DNA of 64,000 nucleotides from Eukaryota sp. GEM-RC1 (GCA_040285855.1 JAUFOQ010000005.1:1860001-1924000); one strand, 5' to 3'. Counted from the stretch's first letter, positions 26,401 to 39,541 are shown. Made by a program: numbers and translations. Notes: generated by a model from the sequence alone, not told the origin.

Positions 26401-27264
26401 AAACTGTTTAGACTCCACGGACAAAACAACTTCAGTAATCTTGGCATCATCTGAAGCAGACTTCATAGTAGGGCAGTTACGCCTATCATGACCACCCAGT
26501 TTGCACACACCACACTTTCTACTAGACTCATGCATCGATTCGGCAACAACTGGCCGAGAAATACAAGTATTATCTGACGATGTAAGACCAACCAAAGGAA
26601 TACAAGCAGAAAAATTCGGAGCAATTGCCTCATTCAAAACATTCTGAACTAATGGACTTATAGAGAAGGAAGATTTAACAGAAAAAATAGCTGTACTTCC
26701 ATCAAAAACAGAAGATACAACCTTAGAAGGAGGAGAAATAGAACGAAGAGAAGAAGATTGATTGGATGAAGAAAAAGCAGCAGCACTTCCATCAAAAACA
26801 GAAGATACAACCTTAGAAGGAGGAGAAATAGAACGAAGAGAAGAAGATTGATTGGATGAAGAAAAAGAAGAAAAAGACGGGTTTCGAGCTAAGTATTTAA
26901 GAGAAGAGACAGAAGAACTTCCATTAAAGACAGAAGAAACAGCTTTAAGAGGAGAAGAAGCGGAACGAACCGAAGAAGGTTGGTTGGAGGCAAAGACTGA
27001 AGAATGAGATGACTTACGAACTAAACAATTTGAAAGCCGAGCATACCCCCGAACAGGAGCAGCAAGAGGAGGAGTAGTTATAGAGGAAGAAGAAGTACCG
27101 GCAAGTTTTTTAGCCAGATGATATGGTAATTTGGACTTACCCTTCACAACACCAGAGTCAGAAGGCTCACGAGTAGAAGAGAAAGACTGCCAGACAATCT
27201 GGCAGATTTTCTTAAAGACATGAAGGCAAAAAAAAATGCAGAGATATAAACTTTGAAATTGCAA
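23476..27264 (-). mobile_element. CRE-clade-like non-LTR retrotransposon (zinc knuckle, RT, restriction-like endonuclease), near full length, frameshifted
   Basis: CGVCKLGGHDRRNC; AAGPSG, KPNGGVRPIAVGE, IDFKNAFN, GVKQGDPLGP, YADD; CSCG..HLINC..HDGVRD..RGDL; no APE domain seen; 3' end at a conserved TTATTGGGTGCCGAATAAA motif. Confidence 0.88.
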
Positions 27265-27583
27265 ATGTAATTTAGTAATGTATTTTCTATTGTTTGTTCC
27301 ACAGTATATTTGAATTAAACAAAGTTTTTAGAATCAAATAATTGAGTTCTACTGACCTCACTTTGTGTGGATTTTATGAAATCCTTCGCCCTGATTATTG
27401 TTTTTTTTCTGTATTAAAAACTAGTTTAGGCAAATTTAGGTGCCAAACAAAGGGGTTCCAAATTTATTCACAATGACACGTATTTGTTCAGGTTTGAAAA
27501 ATAGAAGTGTGCTGCAAGTTCACGATCTCAGCAGAGTTCCACTCAAATTTGGAGAATAATTCATGGATATTATCATTCCACAC

Positions 27584-28104
27584 CAGGGACTGTCAAATAT
27601 GTATTGCAATACAATATTGCTGGGTCATAAAAAATTTGGTGATAATTGGAAGATATATAAATATTGATGAGTAGATTATGTATTGTATTAATTCCATCAA
27701 TAACTCATAAGATCATCATTAGGCAATATTTAAGTTGACTAGTTCCTGATTGGCCATCTAACGATCCAAACTAATGGGCCAAAATTCTTTGTTTACAGAG
27801 AGAATCAGTTGATTGACAAGTCTTCGTCAGATAAGTTGTGTCTTGACCACCCTTGCGAGATTTGTGCTTTATTGAAAAGTCGTTCTACAACACTTGATGT
27901 TGCTGGGATAAAATTTAATTTGCAGAAAACTGTTGTACTATGTCGCTAAATTCCTTCAAAGTAACAGAAAAAATATTGATCAAAAAGCATGGTTCAAAAT
28001 CATAATTATTGCAATACAAAATGAGGCTGCAATACAGTATTGCAATACACAAGTCTCATTATGGCAATAATTGCAAAAGTGCAATATATTTTTGACAGGT
28101 CATG
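27584..28104 (-). mobile_element. Degenerate non-autonomous hAT element
   Basis: CAGGGACTGTCAAA / TTTGACAGGTCATG ends; decayed TSD TTCCACAC/GTCCACAT; minus-strand IPATSSVVERLF remnant near 27880-27910. Confidence 0.7.
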
Positions 28105-28224
28105 GTCCACATTATGATTAGATTTTGCCATGTCCTTGTTACTGTGCAGTAACTTCTTTCATGAAATCAGCAAACTTCTGAGATCACATTTGTTACCTAT
28201 GTAAAACAAGTAACACAAGTTACA

Positions 28225-28580
28225 AGAGAGATCCTGAGTTGGAACAAATCAATGTTCCTTCTGAAAGATGGCATTATTGGAGATATAGAATTCATCATCC
28301 TCTTGAGCAGTTGTTAGGTGATCGGGAGTTTATTAATGACGTGAAGTCTTCTTTGATTAAGTCAAACAGATTTTCTGTTTATGGATAGATTTGGTTAATT
28401 GTTCATAAAAGTAGTTGTCGGTTTTTATGCTTTTAATGTAAGCTGGGTTTTCATCTCTAAAATGAAGAACAGAAGAGTGGTTTTTTAGAAATTGTTATTT
28501 ATTTGTCAGTTTTGATCAACATTTACTTGTCGGAAATGTACAAACTAAAATATTCCACATAAACTCAGACAAATTAGAAT
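28225..28580 (+). pseudogene. Inverted duplicate of the 3' end and 3' flank of the 4-alpha-glucanotransferase gene
   Basis: Reverse complement of about 8520-8872; encodes DPELEQINVPSERWHYWRYRIHHPLEQLLGDREF...SVYG*. Confidence 0.88.
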
Positions 28581-28861
28581 ATATAACTGTATCAAATCTA
28601 CTGAACAGATACTGAAAGACTAGAACTCAATATCATTAAAGCAACATTCATTGCCATTGAACTCACAAAAGCTTCTTCTTCATAGAAAAAATAATGAGCT
28701 TTCGAGATATTCCAGGAATTGTTTAAAAGGTTGTATAGACAGTACGATTCAACCAAAACTTATGATCAAACTTTTTGTTAATTATTTTCTTAGCAACTGT
28801 TTCCAAATTTAGAGAGAAAACAAAGAGCATCCTTAACTTTATCCAAAACTAAAAAACTCCT

Positions 28862-30292
28862 TCAAAAATCATAATCTGAATTAGAATAATGTATATCAAG
28901 TTGAACTTTGATATTAACTTTCAACGAATCTGCCAAAGCTCTGGCACCTTCATTTCCGATAGAGTTTTGCCACAGATTAATACTTGTAATTGAAGCATTG
29001 ACTTTCAACGTCTCTGCCAAAGCCCTAGCACCTTCAGCTCCGATACGGTTTAAACGAAGATCAACACTTATAACAGAAACATTAACTTTTAACGCATCTG
29101 CCAAAGCTCTGGCACCTTCATCTCCGATAGAGTTTTGGCACAGATTAATACTTGTAATTGAAGCATTGACTTTCAACGCCTCTGCCAAAGCTCTGGCACC
29201 TTCATCTCCAATAGAGATTCCACCTAGATTAACACTTGTAATTGAAGCATTAACCTTCAACGCCTCTGCCAAAGCTCTGGCACCTTCAGCTCCAATATAG
29301 CTATCACTTAGATCAACACTTGTAACTGAAGTATTAACTTTCAACGCATCTGCCAAAGCTCTGGCACCTTCATCTCCGATACAGTTCAAACGAAGATCAA
29401 CACTTATAACAGAAGCATTAACTTTCAACGCATCTGCCAAAGCTCTGGCACCTTCATCTCCAATATGGTTCTGTCCAAGATCAACACTTATAACAGAAGC
29501 ATTAACTTTCAACGCATCTGCCAAAGCACTGGCACCTTCATCTCCGATACGGTTTATACGAAGATAAACACTTATAACAGAAGCATTAACTTTCAACGCA
29601 TCTCCCAAAGCTCTGGCACCTTCAGATCCAATAGATCTGCTAACCAGAATGACACGTGTAACTGTAGTATTGGTTTTCAACGCTTCAATCAATAACATAG
29701 AAACAGAGGTGCGTTGTGTCGCCACTATTACTTCTAGTTGCTTCAAACGTGGAAATAAAGAAGAAGAATTGTTTAGAAACTCTAAATCAGAGGATTCCCA
29801 TAGTTTGATTCTCAATCCTGTAATTATACCAGAATAATTTAGAAATTTATCAATTTGTAAGGTTGTGCGAGTGTGCAAGAAAACAGATTGTAGATCTGCT
29901 CCAAAGAAAGAAGCAAGTGAAATTAGTTTGGGGAAGTCTTTGGGATCAGAACGAATGGTGTGAACTTCAAAATACATTTTAACTGCTTGGAATGAAGAAT
30001 CAAGGAAGTGATTACTTACATGACCAACTTGTCCAAAAAATGCAGGTAATGCTCTTTTCATATCAGTGAGATGCTGACTAGTATCGTATTCAAAAGGACG
30101 CTTGAGAAGACGTCTCAGCAAGTGCAGATGAATTAGAATCAACAAAGACTGCTGGACATGACCACGTTTAGAGGGAGAACGTGTGGTTGAAGACAATACC
30201 GACAGTTCGTCACAGTTAGACATCACAGAGGAGATACTGGGAGGGGATGAACAACTCCTTTTCATCAAAGGTTCAGGGCGAGGTCTGATCAT
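28862..30292 (-). CDS. LRR family gene C (intact, 476 aa, 9 LRRs)
   Basis: Uninterrupted ORF; shared N-terminal domain plus 84-bp repeats. Confidence 0.92.
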   Translation of the reverse strand: MIRPRPEPLMKRSCSSPPSISSVMSNCDELSVLSSTTRSPSKRGHVQQSLLILIHLHLLRRLLKRPFEYDTSQHLTDMKRALPAFFGQVGHVSNHFLDSSFQAVKMYFEVHTIRSDPKDFPKLISLASFFGADLQSVFLHTRTTLQIDKFLNYSGIITGLRIKLWESSDLEFLNNSSSLFPRLKQLEVIVATQRTSVSMLLIEALKTNTTVTRVILVSRSIGSEGARALGDALKVNASVISVYLRINRIGDEGASALADALKVNASVISVDLGQNHIGDEGARALADALKVNASVISVDLRLNCIGDEGARALADALKVNTSVTSVDLSDSYIGAEGARALAEALKVNASITSVNLGGISIGDEGARALAEALKVNASITSINLCQNSIGDEGARALADALKVNVSVISVDLRLNRIGAEGARALAETLKVNASITSINLWQNSIGNEGARALADSLKVNIKVQLDIHYSNSDYDF

Positions 30293-32222
30293 GAACAGAA
30301 GTGAAAACTATGAACATCTTTACTAACACAGGTCATTGCCATGTTGGTTTTAAGAGTGAGGAATTATCCAAACTCTCTAGTCACTACAGTAGAAGAACAG
30401 TATTGTCAATCAATTCTTAACATCCACCATGAAATATTCTTGTATATTACCTAAAACCTATAAACAAACCTATCAACAAACTGATAAACTGTGAAGTTCA
30501 AAACAGTTGCCAGTATATGACATAATTGGGTAGCTTGGATATTATGTTGCAGAATGCCCACATTGGCATTTCACATTATGTGAAAGGTTATCATGCCGTA
30601 TATGACCGTAAACGCGGCTTTAATGACCAAGAGTTATCATCAAGAAAAGGACCGTAAACCTGATAAATTTAAGCAATTATACATGAAGCAGAGCTATTAG
30701 AAACATCCATTAAATTTGTGCAAAAGTGCGATTTCCTTCCTTGGCCATGCCAAGTCGAACATTATAATCCAAGTTTTGAAAAATATTTGTTAGTTTTTGT
30801 TGTAATTTTGTCAAACAAAACTGAAGATCAGTCAAACATCTTTCAGGTATTTCAGACACAGATTCTGGGAAACATTGAGAGTCTCAATTTGAGACCAAAC
30901 GTCAAAAGGTAATTTGATCAACGCATTGTGTAATTCAGATAAATATGTACACGACTTGGGGTTAATAAGTGGAAGATCTATATGAAATCGATTAAGAAAT
31001 TCAAAAATCAAAATTTTTCCGTCTCCTAAAAAGCAGATTTGCAGAAAATGGACGATTTGGTAAAATCAATACCACCAAAATGAGCAGAAGTAAACAAGTG
31101 ACTTCCAAGTAGCGTTAAGTGAATTTTGTACATCGACACAAAAATATCAGTCCTCAACTCGTTAAAACATCAACAAAAATTGAGAGTGATCGCAGGAGCT
31201 GTGGATTATGACATATTGTCTGTTTATTGGTGTTTTCTGATGTTCCAATTAATAAACATTTATTTTGTTGACCAAATAGCACATTTCAATATAATCGTTT
31301 GTTGATCATTGGGAAGAAATACAAATTTTTATTAATCGTAGCAAAGTCAATGGAAATCAATCCAAAGCTATTGTACGTTTGTTGGCTTTCTGTGTTTTAA
31401 TCGTCTCAATGTCATGATCTTACCACCAGCTCGACCCTGTTTGATCCAGTTTCAAATCGGTTGTACCCAGTATTCAATCAAAAGAAATGGACTAGGAGTC
31501 AGAGACGTTATACCAACAAAAAGTCGTAACAAAATTATTTAAGCTGTGTGACAAGTTATCAATTTGCTATCAGATGTTTCAAATAGACTAATTTGCGGTA
31601 CTATGGTGGTAATCTAATCGTTTCCTTCTTATCAAGTAGTGGTGGATCCAACTACAGCTGGCTGATTTGCATAAGACTACAATGATTCATTTTGTATTCA
31701 AATGATCATCTTGAAAGGGTTGAACACCGCAAGTGTTTCAATTACGTATATAACTTGAAGACAGTTCAGGAAATGTTATATTTCAAGTTGAATTTTAATT
31801 TGAATTATAGTTTAAACGTCTTAATCAATGAATATGTATTTACTTTGTTCCCGACTTAAACATTTGCATATGTTCCTAAGTAACACGACTTCCATTTATT
31901 CTACCTTCTAGTATTGTAATCACAATTTTTAATACAATTCCTGGAATGATTTGGAAAGCTTCTTTAGCTCTTAATGTTTTCCCTGAAGAAAAATCTTCTG
32001 TGACTTTCACTGTCATTGAATGTTGCTTTAATGATATTCAGTTCTACTCTGCCAGTATCTGTTCAGTATAATCGATGCAGTAATTTTTTCAAATTTGTTA
32101 GTGTTTATGTGTAAATTTTTGACAAGTGAATGTTGATCAAGAACAAAACAAGTTCTAGAAAAGACTCTTCTGTTCTTCATTGAAGATTTCATGAAACCTC
32201 ACGTACATTAAAACTTTTAGCA

Positions 32223-33087
32223 TTGTCTTCAACCACACATCCTCCCTCTGAACGTATCCGTGTTCAGCAGACTTTGCTGATTCTTGTCCATCTTAACTTG
32301 CTGAGACGTCTTCTCAAGCTTACTCTCGAAAATATTGATGATCGAACTAATCCTCAACTTGATGCTTTGATAACAGTTATACCTGTATTCTTTGGACAAG
32401 TTGGCTATGTAAGTAATCACTTCCTTGATTCTTCATTCCAAGCAGTTAAAGTGTATTTTCAATTACACACCTTTCATGCTGATCTTGAACACCTTCCCAC
32501 AGTAATTTCACTTGCTTCTTTCTTTGGAGCAGATCTACCATCTGTTTTCTTGCACACTGATTTCACCTTTGCAATTGAGAAAAGTCTAAATTATTCTGGT
32601 CTAATTACTGGATTGAGAATCAAAATAAGGGGATCCTCTGATTTAGAGTTTCTAAAAAAATCTTGTTATTAATTTCCACGTCTTAAGCAGCTAGAAGTAT
32701 CAGTGTTCCAACGCACCTCTGTTTCTATGTTATTGATTGAAGCGTTGAAAACCAATACTACAGTTACAAGTGTTAACTTGGGATACAACTCTATTGGAGA
32801 TGAAGGTGCCAGAGCTTTGGCAGAGGTGTTGAAAGTTAATGCTTCTGTTACAAATATTGATATACGAAGAAACTCTATTGGAGTTGAAGGTGCCAAAGCT
32901 TTGGCAGAGGTGTTGAAAGTTAATGCTTCTGTTACAAGTGTTGATCTAGGTGGAAACTCCATTGGAGATGAAGGTGCCAGAGGTTTGGCACAATTGTTGC
33001 AAAATGTTGATTTAGTTAACATTTTCAATTACGCCTTCTAGCCTTAATTTAGATGATTTGGGGTATATTTCTGAAGATGATGAATAA
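32223..33087 (+). pseudogene. LRR family gene D (5'-truncated, frameshifted, 3 LRRs, same C-terminal cap as gene A)
   Basis: ORFs 32223-32672 and 32703-33041; tail DDLGYISEDDE* as in gene A. Confidence 0.85.
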
Positions 33088-35736
33088 CTTTCATTTCTTC
33101 AATGAATATAATTATAAAAGCATTATATTAAAGATTATCGAATTACAAATTTTAACATGTTTTGAATTTCCTAAATATGTCTCAATAATTATACAACCGC
33201 ACCCCAGGATTTCATATTTTTCCGTAGAGTTACCAAATTCATACATAGCGATAAATTTCAAAGTACATCTACTGCAAATCTTTACTGCCTTAGAAACGTT
33301 CAAAGAAAAACGTTTCCAATCCGGTCTTTTTACAGCCACTTAGCCTTATTGGCCGTGACATTACTGATGATATATAAGTATAAGACATTTAGATTAGTTC
33401 CATGTTCCAGTACTTCAACGGAATTTTCAAGAAACTCTTTGTGGTTCAAGACCATGTTATGGAATAGTATTGTTCGTTTTCTTTACGTCTTTAGTCTTCA
33501 TGTATCTTTAAGAGATAAAAGATTTTTCCATTATTATCTTCAAAAAAAGACATCTGATTATAGCCGTTAATCGGATAAACTTTATAAGCTGGTTCTTGTG
33601 AGTCAGGCGAGAATACAATTTTGGTTTTTCGTACATGGTTATCGAACATGATTGTTCTTCATTTCTCTTTTCTTACTGTTTCTGTTGTTAAATAGGAGGG
33701 ATAGGATTTAACACAGTGAACACTAACACGTAACACGGCCTGACACGTAACACGCGTGTTAACACGTGTTAATACGTGTTAGATTCGATTTCTGAACGTG
33801 TTAGCGTTCACTGTATTCAAACTAAACTAAACTATACTCATAGAATATAGAAAATAACCCAAAATTTACATCTTTACGGTTTCAATTTACCTTTACCACG
33901 GTATACTACACAGAACAGGGGTTGTGTCACAGAATTAATTCTGTATTATGTACGATGCTTAATTTAGTGCCTGTTAGTTTTTAATTACTGCAAATGCTTA
34001 TATTTCACTGATTGACTATGAACCCAGTGTTTTTAATATGTAACTATTATTATTTTGTTGTTCTTTTGGGGCAAGTTTTTGAGTACAAAACATTATCCAA
34101 GGATGCAGTTTCATAAATCCATTGAAGGCGTGTAACAATGATATTATTTGGTAGTTTTTGTTGACTTAAAACGTCTTGTTCGAATCAAATCTTTAGATCC
34201 TCTTGAGTTGGTAAAATGAATGGTGTGAGGAAAACGCCAACTTAAATTAGTACACTCCTATAGACAGTAACTGAATAGGATTGGAAATAATTAAGCATAT
34301 ACAGAAATACAGTGGCATATCTAAATATCTTATCTAACAACAGTGAGTCGATTAAAAAGGCTGCAAAAGCCATACTGTGATTTTATTCACCGAAAAATAT
34401 TAGTACCGTGTATTGGAGAAAAATCCTGTCTACATGAAACATATTGAGTTTCAGTTTCGAACAACATTTAGTGTGACTTCTCTTGACAACTATTAGTACT
34501 AGCCACAGTTTTCGAGTGTTTGAATTACATTGACTTCAAAACTCAGTCTAACGAAGAGATTTGACTCCAAATACTATATTCCACAGAATTGATTGGTTTT
34601 AACTATGGAACGCAAATGCTCCGTACCGCGGAAATTTTGGGCGTATCGTACTGTACTTTTGACCGACTAAAATATACTACTACTCTTTAAACATTATAAT
34701 CCAATGTGAGATGTTAACAGTTATCATCGTCATAAATGCTACCGCTAAACGTTGCTCAGGATATCAATATAGTATTGTCACACATTTTGACATTTGGGTT
34801 ACGTCATTTGCTGACAACAACTTCCCCAAAATCACATTTCTACGTACGAAGCTCAGCAATCGCTCGAAATCAACAATAGTAGTAGCGTCTTCGAATCACA
34901 ATGCATTTGACGAGTGACTACGACGTTATATATCAATGATAAAGGGCCCAAAAACACACAGATTGGATTTCTAAACGATCAGAAGATGCAGTAGCAATTT
35001 GCACTAGTACTGTGTTTGACTTGTGAATGAACCTCCACTCAAAATAATACTAATTGTATATTCATTTAGATTATTCATAAATAGACTTTTCGTTAAAATT
35101 AAACGACAGGTACGGATAAACAAAAGAGGTACGTACCAAAGATTTGCACACATTAGTACTAACACAGTCATTTCAATTCCATATTTGAATCTTCTGTACT
35201 TTTTGACAGCTTTCTGAGACCGTAAAAATAATACAAAATATCAAGTAATATACAAATAATTTGTTTGGCTTGTTCAGGATTGTCTAAAGGAGAAAACATA
35301 TCGGTACCTGTTTTATTTGATAAAGATGTTTAAGATTAAACTAAAACTGAAAATTACAGTGACTATGACTTTTGCTACAGTGTCTTCAAATTCGCCATCC
35401 AATTGTAAAAATTAATTAAATCGACGACACTTTTGGAAAGATGCTAAAGGGGATCAATCAGATTAGACAAAAATGGATTTAACGGAAACCTTTCATAGCA
35501 TATTAACATCTGATCGCACAACTCTATTCAACATATAACTTTTCACCGGCATAACGTCATCAACTCCCAATAGTTTTGACTGAATCGTGGAACAAACTGG
35601 TTTATGTGGAAGTGACTCATATTTATGTGTTTATCATGAATTCGGAAGGATTAAACATTTAAATAGTCATGAGAACAGCTTTAGCCGAAAAATGAAAATT
35701 AGGTTACATGAAATTGAGGCAGAACTACCTATAGAT
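32985..35736 (+). repeat. Segmental duplication copy 2 (lacks the hAT insertions of copy 1)
   Basis: Collinear with 12290-15988. Confidence 0.88.
33714..33813. mobile_element. 100-bp MITE with AACACGT repeats
   Basis: TIR CAGTGAAC(A/G)CTAACACGT; related copy at 38726-38836. Confidence 0.75.
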
Positions 35737-36850
35737 TTGCTCTTATTCTAGCGGATGAACGACTCCTTTTCAACAATGGTTCAGGGAGAGTGAGGGCATC
35801 CATGGATCAAGAAATGTGAACTTTTGTTATGTATTGTGAATGCCACGTCATCGCGAGTTTTAGTGTCATTTGGGTTTAATATAGATTACCTTTCCGTTTA
35901 TATCTAGATATAGGCTACAGTTTCTGCATGCTCACAATCTTACTAATGTCTGGCAAATCCAAGAACATCCAAACTCTCCAGTCACTAGATGAACCTTTCT
36001 GATAGATTTGGTTGATTGTTCATAATAGTAATGTCTTTTCTTTTGTTACTAGGAAAACACTGAGAAGGACTTCGAAAAATCCAATTTTGTCCCTTAAGTG
36101 ATATCTGTATAATAAATACAACATCAAATAGTCTTCAAATATGAAATTGATACTTAAATTGTTAAAAGATGTAAATTTATTGCCGGTCAAAATTTTCAGT
36201 TTTCATTTGTATGATATGGGCAAGTACTTTAATGTGTTGTCGTTGGACCAATACTAGATTTAAATGATGAATTGGTTTGTGATGAACAATGATTAGGAAA
36301 ATTGGATGAATTTCGTGAAGCGATGTGTGAGTATTGTTGTGGGATTGGATTTAAGGAGTGACGCGTTGGCTGTGATGTTTGCGAGAGTGATGGGGGGATG
36401 TAGTATTGTAAGCTAAGATATATAAATTCCTATTGTATACTTTAATGGTTATGTTTAATGTCATTACATATAGAAAACAAATTGTCAGTAACAACAGTTC
36501 AATACACATACGACACTTTCATTGAGATGGATTCTCACCAAATGTTGTAGTTATATATGTTGTATGACCAAATGTTGTACATGTAGTTACAAATGTCCAC
36601 TATTATCTCTTTGGTGAATTACCATTTCCTATAATTAAAGATATTACAAATATTGGAGAAATTTGTAGTGGGAAGATTTGTAACAAAAGATCAGTTAAAA
36701 ATTCGATTCTAAGGAATCTTACTTTGATGATATTGAGTTTTAGACTGTTTATTTCATTATATCCTTAAAAATTACAGTCTTTAAAAAAAGATCAGTTTGT
36801 TCACAAATGCACTGAATTTGTCTTAAACGGATTTCAGAAACAATTTCTCA

Positions 36851-38144
36851 ATGTCCATCCCATCAGATCTTCCTGTAAATATCATTCAACTACCTTATGC
36901 AAAAGACATATCTTCTCTTGAAGCGGACATAGCTGAGCTTACTAAAGCTGTCAAAGCTAAAACTGGCATCAAAGAAACCGATACTGGGCTGTCCGCTCCA
37001 GCTAATTGGGATCTTCTCCATGACAAAAAACTTCTACAACAGGAACAACCTCTCGCTGTTGCTCGCGTTCTCAAAGAACTTCCTCCTGACGATCCCGAAG
37101 CGATGGAGATTCCTGCTCTCGCTAAACCCTCAGAGAAGAAGTACATCATCTCAATGCGTCAGATCGCCAAGTTTGTCGTTGGTCTCGGTAAAAACGTTGC
37201 TTCAGTGGATATAAAAGAAGGAGAACGTGTGGGTGTAGACCGACAGAAACACTCGATCCAACTCCCCCTTCCCCCCTCGTATTGATCCCACCGTCTCAGC
37301 CATGACTGTTGAGGACAAACCCGATGTTACCTATGAAGATGTTGGTGGAGTTACCGATCAAGTCAAACAACTCAGAGAAGTGATCGAGCTACCCCTCCTA
37401 CACCCAGAACGTTTTGTTGCTCTCGGAATTGATCCCCCTAAAGGTGTTTTGCTTTATGGACCGCCAGGAACTGGTATGTGCGCATTCTAGGTATTAACTC
37501 AAGGTAAAACTCTCATTGCCCGTGCTGTTGCTAATAGAACTGAAGCTTGCTTTATCAGAGTAATAGGATCTGAATTAGTACAACGTTATGTTGGTGAAGG
37601 TGCAAGAATGGTACGAGAGCTGTTCAAACTGGCCAGAACCAGGAAAAGTTGTATTATCTTCTTCGACGAAGTTGATGCCTTTGGTGGTACTCGATTCGAT
37701 GCAGGTGAATTCGGTGACAACGAAGTCCAGCGAACAATGCTTGAGTTAGTAAACCAATTGGATGGGTTTGAGTCTCGAGGTAACATCAAGGTTATCATGG
37801 CTACAAACAGACCAGATACACTAGACCCCGCTCTAACTAGACCAGGACGTTTAGATAGGAAGGTGGAGTTTGGACTTCCAGATCTAGCAGGAAGAGCTCA
37901 CATCTTCAAAATCCACACTAGAGCGATGTCTACAGTCAAAGGGGTTCGTTTTGAGCTCTTAGCCAGGCTTTGTCCGAATGCTACGGGGGCTGAGATTAGA
38001 GCTGTTACTACAGAAGCGGGAATGTTCGCTATAAGGGAGAGGAGGAAGACCGTAGAAGAGAAAGATTTCCTGGCTGCAATCAATAAGGTCATTAAGGCTC
38101 AATCACAGTTTTCAGCAACTGCAAGGTATATGAGTTATAACTAA
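36851..38144 (+). CDS. RPT1: 26S proteasome regulatory ATPase RPT1/PSMC2; 30-nt intron at 37474-37503; apparent +1 homopolymer frameshift near 37271-37276
   Basis: [30 protein letters not shown]^GKT (Walker A restored by splicing), [17 protein letters not shown]-terminus ARYMSYN. Confidence 0.96.
37474..37503 (+). other. 30-nt spliceosomal intron
   Basis: GTATGTGCGCATTCTAGGTATTAACTCAAG; contains an in-frame TAG; removal gives [17 protein letters not shown]. Confidence 0.93.
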
Positions 38145-38725
38145 TTGGACATAAATCTTGTTGTTATTTATATTTTTATACAGATGCAACTATGTTGTTA
38201 ATTAAGTAGTTACAAAGACCTGAACAGCTGTTGACGTCCAGCATTACAGTCTTTTATTGGAAAAAATCACAAAGACGTGTCAATCTTTTCTTTTAAAACA
38301 CATTTATACAGCTTTTATATTTAGTTTTATGTTGTTTGTTTGTCTCCGCCTATTTGTGTCAAATAAATCCGCCTATTTTTCAATTTGCTTAGTAAGAGCA
38401 ACTGACACATGGTCTTATTGGGAGGTTAAACTGTAGTATTATACATTGATAAATGTAGAACATGTAAATAAGTCCAATAATCAGTGTTTGAAGGTGCAAA
38501 TGTCAAATGTGTAAATATTCTGATACCTTAACATCATCACACTGATAACCAATATTTGTATTAGACTGGGACAATAAAAATTAAAACTCAGTATTATAGA
38601 CACAGCATAATGACCAATGGTCGATAAAGATTTTCTTTATAAAGAACTTCTCAGGAAAATCTGAAAGATAAGAGTGAGTAAATTCTACTTGTCAACAAAT
38701 TCTAGGGATAGAAGCCGAATAAATT

Positions 38726-38836
38726 CAGTGAACGCTAACATGTTACTAGAACGACACCAACACGTGATAACACGTGTTAGAAAACACTGGTTCAATTCGA
38801 CTCAATTCGACTCAACTCAACCATGTAGTGTTCACT
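38726..38836. mobile_element. MITE related to 33714-33813
   Basis: CAGTGAACGCTAACA ... TAGTGTTCACT ends, internal AACACGTG repeats. Confidence 0.6.
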
Positions 38837-39479
38837 TTTACCTATTTCTACATGTTGGTTGTAATTTTGAACCATACTAGACACTAGTTGGTCTTATTTT
38901 GACCATTAAGAGTCAAAGAAGCCGAAATGACCTCCACATGCAACATTGGATAGTTCTCGAGACCTATAATTTGCATCAACTTTACAAAACAGGTAACACT
39001 AGTGTTTAACTTTTTTTTAACTACCAATGGAGGTATGAGTATGTACATATGGGATGGTCAAACATCGCGTGTTGATGTACTTCTCCTCGAAAACGAAGCC
39101 GTTTATCATGATGACAATGAAGATAGCATGTGCAACTGTGTTTTATTGGAAGATAAATTGCAAGTACAGTAGTTCTTCTTGATGAATATAATAGATATTG
39201 TTGTCACAAACTCGTCTGATGATAAAAAATAACTCAATTCTCTTGATGTTTTTGTGGGGAATCTCAACCTTTGGAATGATTCGAAAAAGGGTTTTGGAAA
39301 GAAAGCTGCTCAGAAAAGACGACGAACTCAAAAATGGCTTCCTGATACTTGTTCGGGTATTTTTGATGTTTTGTTATGTTCAGTTTGGTTGTGCAACCCT
39401 TATAATTTTAGTCATTGTTACTTTAAAACAGAAAAAGTTCTCACTATGACTTTTGCAAAAGTTTTCTTGGGTCGAGTGA

Positions 39480-39541
39480 TTTTGTATTTTTTTGTATTTT
39501 TTGTATTTTTTTGTATTTTTTGTATTTTTTGTATTTTTTTT
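39480..39541. repeat. (TTTTTTGTA)n-like short tandem repeat
   Basis: About six copies of GTA separated by T runs. Confidence 0.85.

Noticed and set aside
18161..27264. Diversity-generating retroelement (RT near hypervariable genes)
   Set aside because: The RTs are Gypsy and CRE types, no template/variable repeat pair is visible, and variation is not restricted to adenines.
36851..38144. Alternative genetic code (TAA/TAG read as Gln) to explain broken ORFs
   Set aside because: RPT1 ends with TAA at its conserved C-terminus, conserved genes have no in-frame TAR codons, and most breaks are frameshifts.
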